This document shows, piece by piece, positions 31,322 through 42,185 of a stretch of 64,000 bases of DNA. Location of the stretch: the NCBI GenBank assembly GCA_963771465.1, contig CAVYTU010000015.1:736001-800000 (forward strand), given 5' to 3'. Both the position numbers and the translations under genes were made by a program. The notes below the pieces were generated by a model. It made no database searches, was not told the DNA's origin, and was given only the letters and a program-made list of their open reading frames with translations. Every line of letters begins with the position of its first letter. Positions within the stretch are counted from its first letter, which is position 1. This DNA is from an uncultured delta proteobacterium (GTDB lineage Bacteria; Desulfobacterota; Binatia; UBA9968).

Positions 31322-32728
31322 GTGAATGCCTCATCACCCACGCGCGGATTGATTTTGGCTTGCTTGATCGCCACTTTTGCGATCGGTCTGGCCGAAGTTT
31401 TTGGCCAGACTCAAATTCTTGGCGGCGCCAAAGAACACCAACCGAGTTATGGTGAGCTGCAGGACTTCACGATTCTCTCCTACAGCGATCTCGACGGCTG
31501 GGATCAAGCCGCCGAGTTTCGCGTCAGCAAGGACGGCAAGCACGCTTACATTTCCAATTATCAAGGTTTCAGCATCGTTGACGTAAGTGACCCGTCAAAA
31601 CCGCGTGTGATCTCGAAAGTCAAGAATGATCCCAGCGTGCAGAGCCAGTACATTGATATCCTGGGAAACACTCTAGTCATAAACCAGGACGGGGTTCGCG
31701 ACGAGAAGATCAAAACTTGGGCCGGCGGTATTCGCCTGTACGATATCAGCGATCCGACAAAGCCGCGCGAAGTGGGTTTCTTCAAAACCGACGTTACGCC
31801 GCGGCGCGGGGTCCATGGGTTTTGGCTCCACGAGGATCCAAAACAAGGAAAATTCGCATTCCTCGCGACGACAAAGGAAGGTTACTACGACAATATTCTA
31901 ATGATCATCGATATTAACGACCCAGCCAATCCAAAAGAGGTCGCAAGATGGTGGTTTCCGGGTCAGTGGACCGCAGGAGGTGAAAAACCCGGCGACAACT
32001 GGGTCGAGCCTGACCGCGGGTTACGTGAAGGATTGCCCAAGATTTGGGTCGCGCTGCACGATATCACGACTTACAAAGACCGCGCCTATCTTGCCTACCG
32101 CGATCAAGGCGTGATCATTTTAGACATCAGCGACATGCGTAAACCTACCATGATCAGCCAGATCAAGTGGTCGCCACCTGAGGAAGGCAACACCCATAGC
32201 ATCGGCATAGTTATTCCTTCCCACGGCGGCCGACCCGATCTCATCATCGCTACCGACGAAATCAATTCCGTCAAGCAATGTCCGTTTGGTTATATGCACG
32301 TCATAGATGTTCGCTATGAGAAAAATCCGGTACAGATCTCAACATTTCGCCTTCCCCTGAACAAAACATGCCCACCGGACCGTCCCGGCCGCCGTTTTGG
32401 CATTCACGATATCGAGCGCATGGTGAAGGGCAATATCGTCTTCAGCGCCTGGGAAAATTCCGGTTTCTGGGCCATCGATATTTCTGATCCCTACCATCCC
32501 AAGGCCGCCGGCCATTTCGTGCCGCCGGTGTTTCGCCGCGCAAATGGCGACGCCGGCCACGCCGACGATGTATTCGTCCATGAAAACGGTTTGGTCTTCG
32601 CCAGCTCTTCCGATCCCGGCGGCGGATTTTGGATCATGCGACACACTCCCGGCGTCAAAGGCACGGTCGCCTGGACCGACGACAATAAAAATGTGACCGT
32701 AAAGTATGACAAGCGGCCGGAGAATTAA
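31322..32728 (+). CDS. Secreted LVIVD-repeat beta-propeller protein
   Basis: Signal peptide; repeats SIVDVSDP, LYDISDP, IIDINDP, ILDISD, AIDISDP. Confidence 0.85.
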   Translation: MNASSPTRGLILACLIATFAIGLAEVFGQTQILGGAKEHQPSYGELQDFTILSYSDLDGWDQAAEFRVSKDGKHAYISNYQGFSIVDVSDPSKPRVISKVKNDPSVQSQYIDILGNTLVINQDGVRDEKIKTWAGGIRLYDISDPTKPREVGFFKTDVTPRRGVHGFWLHEDPKQGKFAFLATTKEGYYDNILMIIDINDPANPKEVARWWFPGQWTAGGEKPGDNWVEPDRGLREGLPKIWVALHDITTYKDRAYLAYRDQGVIILDISDMRKPTMISQIKWSPPEEGNTHSIGIVIPSHGGRPDLIIATDEINSVKQCPFGYMHVIDVRYEKNPVQISTFRLPLNKTCPPDRPGRRFGIHDIERMVKGNIVFSAWENSGFWAIDISDPYHPKAAGHFVPPVFRRANGDAGHADDVFVHENGLVFASSSDPGGGFWIMRHTPGVKGTVAWTDDNKNVTVKYDKRPEN

Positions 32729-33136
32729 TCACAAGCTCGTCATCCATCCTGTTTGTGCTCAATGTCTTTCATGCCATGGCTGCTTTTGCCGGCCACGGTG
32801 TGGAAGACACCATCGATATGATTCCCGCCGAACGGGTGAAGCAGCTGTTGGATGCCGGCGAAAAGTTAGTGTTCATCGACATGCGGCCGGCCAAGGAGTA
32901 CCAGCAAGACCCGCTTGCCCGGCGCGCGCTCTCTGCCGATCGCTGAAGTGGCCAACCGTTTCAGCGAAATTCCCAAGACCGGACGCGTGGTGCTTTATTG
33001 CGACTGCAAAACCTACGATATCGCCGATCGCGCCGTGTTTCTGGAATATCGCGGCTATCGCAATATTTTCGTCATGCCTGAAGGTTACTCCGGCTGGGTA
33101 AAACGCGGTTACCCGATAGAAACCGCGCGTCACTGA
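32706..33136 (+). CDS. Rhodanese-like domain protein, frameshifted
   Basis: FIDMRPAKEY...PGARSLP...VVLYCDC...EGYSGW spread over three frames. Confidence 0.72.
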
Positions 33137-33179
33137 CATTTGGTTAATGGCTTGACGCGCGATCGCTAGCGCGAATCTC

Positions 33180-33689
33180 TCACAAGAACACGCTGATATT
33201 CTTCGCGTCGAGCACGGCCTGGTCGAGAATGATTGTGCGGCGGGCGATTTTGAAGCTGCCGCCGGAGCGCCGGAGAATATCCTGGCGTGCGCCGACAAAG
33301 ATATCTTTGTCGGTTTCCATACGAGTGCGGTAGAGGAGAAAATTGCAGTGAACTTCGATTTCGTTGCCGTCGTCCTTCTTAACCCGCACGTTGGTAATCA
33401 GGTGGCGCGTGCGCGACGGCGGCATTTCAGCCCAGGCGACTTTCGAGTACGCCCGTTCGACTCTGATTTTGAGACTCGTGATGTCATCGTCGAAATAGTA
33501 GCCTTCGCCGGGTTTGGATAATTCCTCAACCACGTCGCTCGGTCTTTCCATCGTATTGTGGCGAAGCGGCATCCAGTAGCGCACGTCTTCGGTGAGCAAG
33601 TTGAACCACTCGCGCAACTTGCGCTCGTCCAAGAGCTCGGCTTCGAGATAATAGAAATCTTCGATCTGGCGACGCAGCTCGCTAGCCAT
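33180..33689 (-). CDS. Aromatic-ring-hydroxylating dioxygenase beta subunit
   Basis: EAELLD...YWMP, PPSRTRH.ITNV, G.RQDILR, C-terminal NISVFL. Confidence 0.92.
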   Translation of the reverse strand: MASELRRQIEDFYYLEAELLDERKLREWFNLLTEDVRYWMPLRHNTMERPSDVVEELSKPGEGYYFDDDITSLKIRVERAYSKVAWAEMPPSRTRHLITNVRVKKDDGNEIEVHCNFLLYRTRMETDKDIFVGARQDILRRSGGSFKIARRTIILDQAVLDAKNISVFL

Positions 33690-34965
33690 TTTGCCCGCTC
33701 GTGATTTCGCCCCAGTTTTTCGCTTCGAGCATTTTCGCCCAGTGCATATAAAGGCTCAATTGGTTGTTGTCGCTGAAGCGGCTCTTTACCGTTCCGGGTA
33801 GTTCGAGTTCGATGGGCGGCTCGTTGCCGCTCATTTGATAATTCGCCGGAAAGCGCTGGCCGATTAAACTACGCGCCGCGCCGGTGACTTGAATCCAGTT
33901 GTCCATGTCGTCCTGCTCGAACACGCCGCTCGGACTGAAACGATACTGCGAGACAAAACGCATCACGTCTTTGATCTTCGGCGGCGCCGCTTTATCGACG
34001 ATCGCCCAACTCCAAATCTCCATCTTGTCCGGACCGCGCGGCTGCCAGACTCGGATCGTCCGTGTGAGCCAATGCACCGACAAGTTCGGAAATACGGTGC
34101 CAGCCGAGGGTGAGATTTTTCGCGCACGCAAAGGCCCGAGCCGATCTTCGATCTCGGCGGCGTGTTCTTTCATGTAGTCGGCCAGTTGATCGTCTGGTTG
34201 CGCAAACCACGGGCCACCGTCCGGCGGCGTGAGCCAGGAGACGAGAATGTGGCCATTGTCGCAGGCGATCTGGCAGCCTTGGTTCCATTGTCGCGTCTGA
34301 CTTGTCGTCGTATCGATGCCGAGCTCGCGTGCCGAGCCGTGCGTCGAAGCGATATGATAACCGTCGCCGCCGAAATTTTCCGCGGCGGTTTTCCAGTTGG
34401 CATCCACGATCCAGCGGTGCGGCCCGCTAACTTCCGTTCCCCCTTCTCTGCGGTCGAGCAGAATATCGAGATACCAAGCCATATCGCCGAGATAATCCCG
34501 CAGCGCCGGCGCCTCGGCATCGAAGGTCGCGAAGATCAGTCCTTGGTAACTGTCGATCTGCGCGGCGGGAATCAAGCCCCACTGCGAGCGATCGAGATTG
34601 CCAAAGGCCTCGACCATCGGCACCAACGCCAGCTTGCCATCCGTCGTGTAAGACCAACCGTGGTAGGAGCACTGAAACAATTTGGTGTTGCCGCGGTCGG
34701 CGCGACATACCCGATTGCCGCGATGGCGGCACATGTTTAAGTGTGCGCGCAACTGACCGTTCAAATCGCGCGCCAAAATCACCGGATCCTCGCCCATGTA
34801 GCGGGTGACGAAATCGCCGGGCTTCGGAATCTCGCATTCGTGGCCAAGATATAGCCAGCAGCGCGCGAAGATGCGCTCGCGTTCGAGCTGATAGATCTCC
34901 CGATCGGCAAAAATCCTGCGATCGATGAGACCGCCTTCCGGGTCGACAAGTGATTTGATGTTCAT
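33682..34965 (-). CDS. Rieske aromatic-ring-hydroxylating dioxygenase alpha subunit
   Basis: CRH...CSYHGW Rieske motif, ENFGGDGYH...TH, EQDD; start at ATG 34965 after GAGG. Confidence 0.93.
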   Translation of the reverse strand: MNIKSLVDPEGGLIDRRIFADREIYQLERERIFARCWLYLGHECEIPKPGDFVTRYMGEDPVILARDLNGQLRAHLNMCRHRGNRVCRADRGNTKLFQCSYHGWSYTTDGKLALVPMVEAFGNLDRSQWGLIPAAQIDSYQGLIFATFDAEAPALRDYLGDMAWYLDILLDRREGGTEVSGPHRWIVDANWKTAAENFGGDGYHIASTHGSARELGIDTTTSQTRQWNQGCQIACDNGHILVSWLTPPDGGPWFAQPDDQLADYMKEHAAEIEDRLGPLRARKISPSAGTVFPNLSVHWLTRTIRVWQPRGPDKMEIWSWAIVDKAAPPKIKDVMRFVSQYRFSPSGVFEQDDMDNWIQVTGAARSLIGQRFPANYQMSGNEPPIELELPGTVKSRFSDNNQLSLYMHWAKMLEAKNWGEITSGQNG

Positions 34966-35118
34966 TTCGGCACCTCGCTTACGCCGGGAGCCTGCTCGGT
35001 GATAATAACTGAGCCGCCATTCTGTCAAGCCAGTGTCCAATTACCAAGCGAATTCGCCAAAAATAACTTTGCCGCACCGGCTCGGCTGATGCTATAAACG
35101 AAAGAAAGGAGAACTACC

Positions 35119-36651
35119 ATGGGCGCACATCCAACGAACACCAGCCGGCGGCGATTTCTGCAACGGAGCGCGACCCTCGGACTCGGCGCGATGTTCGCGC
35201 CTGCCATCGAGCGAACCGCACTCGCCGCATCTAAAGACCGCGTCGTAATCTTTCAGGGCGTCGGCCTGGATTCGCTCCATCCCTACGGCTATAGCGGTGG
35301 CGGCATAAGCAACCTCTGGCAGCACCTGATCGAGCCGCTGGTCGCTATGGACCATCGCCGCAAAGAATATGTCGGCGTGCTCGCCGAGTCATGGGAGTTT
35401 CAAGGGAGAAAATGGGTTTTCAAGCTCAAGAAAAACATCCGCTTTCATAACGGCGCGCCGTTCACCGCCAAAGACGTGGCCTATTCCATCGAGCGCATGA
35501 AAACCGACAAGCGCAGTCTTCAAGGCGGCGACATCGCGGACTTAGAAGTAGAAACCCCCGATGACTTTACCGTCGTCTGCACCACAAAGAATCCTCACGC
35601 GCTGCTGCTCGACCGACTCGATACCCGTTACATCATCAGCAAAGCCGCCGCCGAAAAATACGGCGACCAAGCCGACACCTACGCCATCGGCACCGGCCCG
35701 TATAAGTTTGTTTCTTGGCAGCGCGGCGGCAATCTAGTCTTGGCGCGCAACGACGACTATTGGGGCGCCAAAGCGGAAGTTAAGGAAGTTATCTTGAAGG
35801 GCGTAAAGGAAGAATCGGCGCGCGTCGCCGGCTTGCTTTCCGGCCAGGCCGACGTGGTCAGCAATCTGCCCATAGAAGAAATCGACCGCGTGGCGAAACA
35901 TCCGCGCGCGCGGGTCGAAAAGGTTCCCGGCTTTCGCATGTATTTCCTGGTGATGAATGTGACGTTCAAGCCCTTCGACAACAAGCTCGTGCGCCAAGCG
36001 ATCAGTCACGCCGTCGATCCGGCGATGCTAATCAAACATATCTTTGCCGGCAACGGCGAAGTCCTCAACGGTCCAGTGGCCTCGAACATGATCGGCTTTG
36101 ACCCAGCCGCCAAGCGCTATCCATACGATCCGAAAAAAGCGCGTGAACTACTCGCCAAGGCAGGCTACCCCAACGGCCTAGAGCTCAAGCTTCATTTCTC
36201 GCCCGACCGTCATCTCAAGGGTCGAGAAGTTTGTGAGGTCATCGCCAATCAACTGGGGAAAGCTGGCGTTAACGTCGAATTAGTCGGCCAAGAGTACGCC
36301 GTCTACTGGGGCAAAGATGGCGTCAACGGCGGCAAGCTGCCCTTTTACTACGCGGGCCGCACCGCGCCCGACGCCGATACTCTTTACGATCAATACTTTC
36401 ACACCGGCGTCACCAAGCGTGTCGGTTATAGCAACCCGGAAGTTGACAAGCTCATTGAAGAGCAACAGCGCATCGCGGATCAGAAAAAGCGTGTGACCAT
36501 CTTGCAGCAAGCCGGACGCATACTCATGGATGACGCGGCCTTCGTGCCGCTCTATACACTCTCGGAGATTTACGGCGTAGCGAAAAACGTTAACTGGAAA
36601 GGCACACCGGACAACCGCATACTCGCGGCGGAGATGAAGATCAGGGGTTAA
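35119..36651 (+). CDS. ABC substrate-binding protein family 5 (DppA/OppA-like), Tat-exported
   Basis: SRRRFLQ Tat motif, LAESWE, FHNGAPFTAKDV, GTGPYK. Confidence 0.9.
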   Translation: MGAHPTNTSRRRFLQRSATLGLGAMFAPAIERTALAASKDRVVIFQGVGLDSLHPYGYSGGGISNLWQHLIEPLVAMDHRRKEYVGVLAESWEFQGRKWVFKLKKNIRFHNGAPFTAKDVAYSIERMKTDKRSLQGGDIADLEVETPDDFTVVCTTKNPHALLLDRLDTRYIISKAAAEKYGDQADTYAIGTGPYKFVSWQRGGNLVLARNDDYWGAKAEVKEVILKGVKEESARVAGLLSGQADVVSNLPIEEIDRVAKHPRARVEKVPGFRMYFLVMNVTFKPFDNKLVRQAISHAVDPAMLIKHIFAGNGEVLNGPVASNMIGFDPAAKRYPYDPKKARELLAKAGYPNGLELKLHFSPDRHLKGREVCEVIANQLGKAGVNVELVGQEYAVYWGKDGVNGGKLPFYYAGRTAPDADTLYDQYFHTGVTKRVGYSNPEVDKLIEEQQRIADQKKRVTILQQAGRILMDDAAFVPLYTLSEIYGVAKNVNWKGTPDNRILAAEMKIRG

Positions 36652-36678
36652 TCGGAAGGCATCTGTCTGAGCAAAAAT

Positions 36679-36927
36679 TTATAAAATAATCTCCATGTCC
36701 CGGCGGCTCTTTCGTATTTGGGCCGAGTGCGGTTGATGACCAGCGCCATCAAGCCTCCAAGTACAAGCGACTATCAATAACCAGGCACCTCCCGATAGAG
36801 TAGGTAAAACACCAGACGTTGCGACCCCGGCACCAAGCAGGCCAAAAATCACGACCGTCAGCGTGTAGATCGACCAGCTAATACAACGATCTGGAAATTC
36901 AGGTATATCTAGATTTTCAGCGGGCAT
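36679..36927 (-). CDS. Small hypothetical membrane protein
   Basis: 82 aa with two hydrophobic stretches, 11 bp downstream of the SMP-30 gene; no recognisable family. Confidence 0.3.
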   Translation of the reverse strand: MPAENLDIPEFPDRCISWSIYTLTVVIFGLLGAGVATSGVLPTLSGGAWLLIVACTWRLDGAGHQPHSAQIRKSRRDMEIIL

Positions 36928-36938
36928 AACGAGCCGAG

Positions 36939-37859
36939 CTATTGGTTCATCGGAGACAAGCGGAACGCTCCAATCCCCGGTGTTTTGACCCCGAGTTTGC
37001 AGAGTGAACCTCGCGGGGTGAGATATAGCGTGCGAAAGTCCGGTCCGCCAAAAGCGAGGTTGCGAACTACGTCCGGCATCGAAGCGATGCCGATTACCTC
37101 ACCGGATGGAGCGATAACCCAAATGCCGCCGGAGCCGACGCAAAACACTCGACCCTCGGTATCGACTTTGATGCCGTCGGGGACGCCGGGATCCGCCGAA
37201 GACATATTACAGAACACACGGTTGTTGCTTAGGGTCCCATCCGCGGCCACGTCAAAAGCTCGGATGCGCCGATGTGTACAAACCTCACCACGCTCCGCCT
37301 CCTGGAAGCAGCGCTCGTCCAGCCGGCTAATCGCTACGTACAGAATCGACTCGTCGGGCGAGAACGCCAGCCCATTGGGGTATTCACACTCATCGGTGGC
37401 CAGGTGCACGCGCCCCGCTGGATCGATGCGAAATACACCGGAAAATCCGATCTCCCGCAGTTCTGCTGAAACGCGCAGCCCGGGGTCAGTGAAATAGATG
37501 CTGCCGTCGGAACGGCACACCACGTCATTGGGCTTATTGAATCGCTTACCTTGCCAACGCTCGGCAATGGCCGTGACGGCGCCATGTTCGTCCATGCGGG
37601 TAATGCGCCGGTGATCGGCGCCTTCGCACATGATCAGACGGCCGTAGCGATCCAGAGTGCACCCATTACCCTCTCCGGTATTCTCCCGCACTACCGTTAC
37701 CGAACCGTTCGAGTCCCAACGCAAAAGCCGGTTCCCCTCCAGATCCACAAAGGTAACATACCCTTCCGCATGCCAGAGGGGTCCTTCGGCGCGGCCCCAG
37801 CCAGATGTGAGCAAATTGGGCTCAGTGGATTCGAATATATCCGACAGACTTTCCGGCAT
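36939..37859 (-). CDS. SMP-30/gluconolactonase/LRE family protein
   Basis: EGPLW, PNDVV, PNGLAFSPD, PDGIKVD; own GAGGAGG RBS before ATG 37859; in frame with the upstream ORF in this assembly. Confidence 0.85.
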   Translation of the reverse strand: MPESLSDIFESTEPNLLTSGWGRAEGPLWHAEGYVTFVDLEGNRLLRWDSNGSVTVVRENTGEGNGCTLDRYGRLIMCEGADHRRITRMDEHGAVTAIAERWQGKRFNKPNDVVCRSDGSIYFTDPGLRVSAELREIGFSGVFRIDPAGRVHLATDECEYPNGLAFSPDESILYVAISRLDERCFQEAERGEVCTHRRIRAFDVAADGTLSNNRVFCNMSSADPGVPDGIKVDTEGRVFCVGSGGIWVIAPSGEVIGIASMPDVVRNLAFGGPDFRTLYLTPRGSLCKLGVKTPGIGAFRLSPMNQ

Positions 37860-39389
37860 CCTGCGCCTCCTCAGATTCCGACCTATACTAATTTCTTCTT
37901 GTCGCCGTGGGTGGGAGTGTAGGTATTCCTGGAGCGCGCGCCCCAAGGTCGCCGCGTGAATTCCATTTTCTTGGAAATTGTCGGTAACATGCTGAAACGC
38001 CCATAGCGCCGCATCACGATAGATCTCTTCACCGGTCGCCCCGGCAAGCGCGAGGAAGAATGAAGCGGCAGCACCGTTTTGTTCGATCAAAGTTAAACGA
38101 AGCTTGAGCGAAGCCGAATCCTGCGCACGAATATCGTAGAAACCGCCGGCGGGATTTTTCAGTTCTGCTAAAATGAACGCCGCCATCTGCTGCGCGCGAT
38201 CTAAATACATACCATCGCCGGTTGCGTCGTGAGCACGAACAAGCGCCATGCCCATCTGCGCTTGATCCTGAAGTAGGCCCGGCACATGCGGCGCGCCGTC
38301 GAAGTAGTGAGACATCCCGCCGCTGTCGCTGCGGCAATGCTGCCAGAGAAATTCCAGCGCGATCAGCGCCCGTTCGCGATAAGCCGGCTTTTTTAAAAGC
38401 TCCGCGGCATCGAGATACGCCGCGCTGACGATCGCATTGGCATCGGTGTATAAGCAACGGTCGATTATGGTAAAAAATTCTCCGCCTGCGGCAACCGGAT
38501 TTTCATTGCGGAGAAAATCTTCGCAACCGAAAAATGCGCCGCTCGCTGGATCCAAGAGCTTGGCATCCAAGTACTGAATGATCTCTTCGGCCATGCGGCG
38601 AAACTGCTCCCGGCGCGTGACACGATAGACCGCCAGACAATTCGCCAGCAGGCCGGCCTGTTCCATAAGCAATTTTTCCCGATGCGGATGGCTCCAGTCA
38701 GCATTGGAAGAAGTTCGAAAATAAGCGCCGCCTTCATGATCGTAAATCTCTCCGGCGCGCATGCGGCCGAGAGTGAGACAGACTTGATCGAGATATCGCT
38801 CATCTTTGGTGGCCTCGTAACGCTCCAGCAGAAAATCATTGACCGTCGGATGAATGAATTTCTGGACGCGATCGTAACCGCCGTTAACCCGATCGGCGAG
38901 TTTCATGATCGTCTCGGCAATTTCGTCAAGCGCGGCCAGATTGATCCCAACCGCCGGTTCTGCGCTAACGGCGGTCGACACCGGCGCCGATTCTTGCGCC
39001 GTTGTGGGCTTCTGCTGATAGGCGAGATAAACGCGAAAGAGAATGTCCTGGAACTCGGCCGGCGGCAGATAGTTGACGACGCTCAAAAGTTCGCCCTCCG
39101 GCGTCATGAACGCAATCGTCGGCCAGCCGTGGAAGTTATAGCGGGCGTCGACGTCGGGCCGTTGGGCGTTCTCAACCCGCAGTGAAATGAAGTAGGCATT
39201 GAGCAGCGCGATATTTTCCGTATCGGAAAACGCCTCTTCGTCCATGCGCTGGCAGTAACGGCACCAAAACGCCGCGAGAAAAAGCATCACCGGCTTGTTC
39301 TCGGCGCGCGCGGCGCGAAACGCCTCATCGCTCCATTCCTGCCACGGAATCACATGCGCGCGGTTCGGATTGGGTGAGAAACGAAGCAT
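37860..39389 (-). CDS. Thioredoxin-like DUF255 + (alpha/alpha)6 domain protein (YyaL/SPATA20 family)
   Basis: WQEWSDEAF.AA..ENKP, WCRYC, RPDVD, GWPT, PH.EKLL. Confidence 0.85.
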
Positions 39390-39526
39390 AAATTCGCCTT
39401 CTTCAGGATAGCTTTAATCAGTCCATATCATCGATTCCCGCGCCGCTGAAGCGGTCAGTCCAATCGATTGCGTTGACAAGCGTAGCCACCAAGAATTAGA
39501 TTGGTTCAACTGAAAGCGAAGCCGTT

Positions 39527-40807
39527 ATGCAACTAACTCTCGCGCGACATCCAATCACAGACATCCGCTTCGGCACATCGACCTGCCTCGACGGCAGCGT
39601 GCTCGTCGTCGATGAAAAAGCTCTACGTGAGATCGTGCTTCAAGATGCGTCGCTGGCCGGAGTCGATTTCGCCATCGCCCGACCGGGGGAGAGTTGCCGC
39701 GCTGGACCGATCTTCGACGTCGTCGAGCCGCGCGCGAAGGAACCGGGAATAGGATCAGACTTTCCCGGCATAATCGGCGCGCCGACGACCGCCGGGATCG
39801 GCACGACTCACGTGCTTACCGGCGCAGCGGTTTCGGTCCTGGGGGAGATGAGGCCGGACCCAACCCGCCCGGCCACCGGGCGTCTACTGGAAATGTCCGG
39901 TCGCGCCACCGAGGGCAGCCATTATTCGACGCTGCAGCATCTAGTAGTTTTACCGCACACGAAGCCGGGCCTCGCGCGCCAAGCGATTTTGAAAGCTTAC
40001 CGTATCGCCGGCGTTAGAGCTGCGATTTATCTCGCCCAAGCGGCGCTCGACCACACGCCTCAGTCGCTGCATACTTTCGATCCCATCGGGCCGTTGGAGC
40101 CGGGACGAGAAGGATTACCGCGGGTCGCTTACATCGGCCAGATCTTTTCGCGTCAACGCCGGCCCGCGGTTGACGAACCTATCCTCTACGGGACAAATAC
40201 CGAAGGCATGCTGCCGCTGTTGCTCCATCCCGACGAATGGCTCGATGGCGCGCTGTTGCCGTCGCTCAGTTCATGGTTTGGCGGCACCGAGACCTATTTT
40301 TATCAGAATCATCCGGTCGTTCTCGAACTGTACCAACGTCATCACGCGCGGGAAATAAATTTCGTCGGCACGGTGGCGACCGTCGCCGGCTCGGAACACT
40401 TCGACCGCCAGCGTCAATGCCACGCGGCGGCAAGTCTGGTTAAATGGACTTTGAACGCCGACGGCGCGGTGCTGACAAAATACGGCGGCGGCTTGCCTCA
40501 CACCGACTTGGCTGAAACCGCGCGGCTCTTGGAAACCATGGGTGTAAAAACTTCTGTATTGGTTACCGACGCGGCGCGCGACCGCAGAGTCGAGTCTGCG
40601 CTGTTGTTCAACGTCCCCGAAGTCAACGCGATCGTTTATAACGGCGGCCACGGCACCGAATATGAGATTCCTAAAGTCGATCGAGTCATCACATCGTCCC
40701 CAGAATTAATTGAATTGCTGGCTGGACCGCTGAATGTCCGTGCATCGGAAATACTCGGCGTCACCAATCAACAAGGCGCATCGCGTATGAGATCGTTGGT
40801 ATATTGA
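39527..40807 (+). CDS. Glycine/sarcosine/betaine reductase component B proprotein-like (GrdE/GrdG/PrdA family)
   Basis: IARPGESCR...DVVEPRAK, G.G.THVL.G, LLHPDEWLDGA, YQNHPVV.ELY..H, DGAVLTK.GGG. Confidence 0.85.
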   Translation: MQLTLARHPITDIRFGTSTCLDGSVLVVDEKALREIVLQDASLAGVDFAIARPGESCRAGPIFDVVEPRAKEPGIGSDFPGIIGAPTTAGIGTTHVLTGAAVSVLGEMRPDPTRPATGRLLEMSGRATEGSHYSTLQHLVVLPHTKPGLARQAILKAYRIAGVRAAIYLAQAALDHTPQSLHTFDPIGPLEPGREGLPRVAYIGQIFSRQRRPAVDEPILYGTNTEGMLPLLLHPDEWLDGALLPSLSSWFGGTETYFYQNHPVVLELYQRHHAREINFVGTVATVAGSEHFDRQRQCHAAASLVKWTLNADGAVLTKYGGGLPHTDLAETARLLETMGVKTSVLVTDAARDRRVESALLFNVPEVNAIVYNGGHGTEYEIPKVDRVITSSPELIELLAGPLNVRASEILGVTNQQGASRMRSLVY

Positions 40808-40814
40808 GACGGCG

Positions 40815-40882
40815 TTGAGGCGGTAGGCATGAGGCGTGAGTAAGAATCCGAACTCATGCCTCGTGCCTCAAGCCTCATGCCT
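40815..40882. repeat. Intergenic 7-mer repeat palindrome (AGGCGTG/CTCATGC)
   Basis: gaggcggtaggcatgaggcgtgag...ctcatgcctcgtgcctcaagcctcatgcct; related tract at 42950-42993. Confidence 0.55.
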
Positions 40883-40899
40883 ATTCGAAGGAGTTTAGC

Positions 40900-42185
40900 A
40901 TGCGAGTCGTTCATTATCTGAACCAGTTTTTCGGCGGCATCGGAGCGGAAGAGCATGCCGGCGTAGGGCTGGAATTTCGTGACGGCGCCGTCGGCCCAGG
41001 AAAGCTCCTTGAGCAACAGTTGGGCGACGGCGCCAGAAGTGTTTTTAACCATCGTTTGCGGCGACAACTACGCCGTCGAACATCAAGAAGAAATTACCGC
41101 CGCGGTGTTAAGAAAACTCGGCGCCACCGGCGCCGATCTTTTCGTCGCCGGGCCTTGCTTCGATGCCGGACGTTACGGCATGGCGGCGGGCGCCTTGTGC
41201 GCCGCCGATTCAGTCGGAGCTAAAAATTCCTGCCGTCACGGCGATGAACGAAGAAAATCCCGGCGTCGATCTATATCGCGAAGCGGTCCATATCATCGAT
41301 TCGGGAACGAGCATCACCAAATTGCGCGAAGTGGTGGCGTCGATGGCAAAGCTTGGAAAAAAACTCGTCGGCAAAGAACCGATCGGCCTACCGCAAGAAG
41401 AAGGCTATTTGCCGCGCGGCCTGTTGCGCGATCAGTTGGGTAGCGAAACCGCCGCGGCGCGTTTGGTCAACATGCTCCTGGCCAAAATGCGCGGCGAAAA
41501 CTTCCGGTCGGAAATGTCCCACACCGCGTTTGCGCCGGTGCCCATGCCCGCCGCCATAAAAGATTTATCCAAAGCCAAAGTCATGCTCATCACCGACGGC
41601 GGTTTGGTTCCCAAAGGCAATCCCGATCGTATCGAAGGCACAGCGGCAACGCGCTGGGGCGCGTACAACATCAAAGACAGCGATAACTTGCGCAGCGAAG
41701 ACTACGAAGTCTCCCACGGCGGTTACGACACGCGCTTTGTCCAGGACGATCCGGACCGCCTTGTGCCGCTCGACGCCCTGCGCGAGATGGAACGGAGCGG
41801 CGTCATCGGCAAGCTGAACGATGAATTTCTCTCCACCTGTGGGCGCTCCAATCCACTTTCGAACACACGCCGGCTCGGCCGCGAGATGGCCGAAAAAATT
41901 ATTAGGGAAGGTATCGACGCGGTGATCCTCACCTCCACGTGAGGCACCAGCACTCGCAGCGGCGCTGCGATCACAACGGAACTCGAAAAAGCCGGCATCC
42001 CCGTCGTACAAATCACTTCCGCTCTACCCATCGCAAAAATGGTCGGCTCCAACCGCGTCGTATTAGGAACCGGCATCGTTCACGTCACCGGCGACGCCAA
42101 GCTAGCGCCCAACGACGAAAAGGAATTGCGCCGCAAACTCGTCCGGCAAGCACTCGACGCGCTGCAGTCGAACGAAAAGCGCTAG
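40900..42185 (+). CDS. grdB: Glycine/betaine/sarcosine reductase family selenoprotein B; Sec at UGA 41940-41942; two frameshifts near 41035 and 41205
   Basis: MRVVHYLNQFFGGIG, AGPCFDAGRYG, AMNEENPG, GGLVPKGNPDRIE, HGGYD, VILTST-UGA-GTSTRSGA; frame continues as a GrdB C-terminus to TAG 42185. Confidence 0.85.
41954..41970 (+). promoter_or_regulatory. Putative bacterial SECIS hairpin
   Basis: TCGCAGC-GGC-GCTGCGA, perfect 7-bp stem starting 11 nt after the UGA, loop begins with G. Confidence 0.65.
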
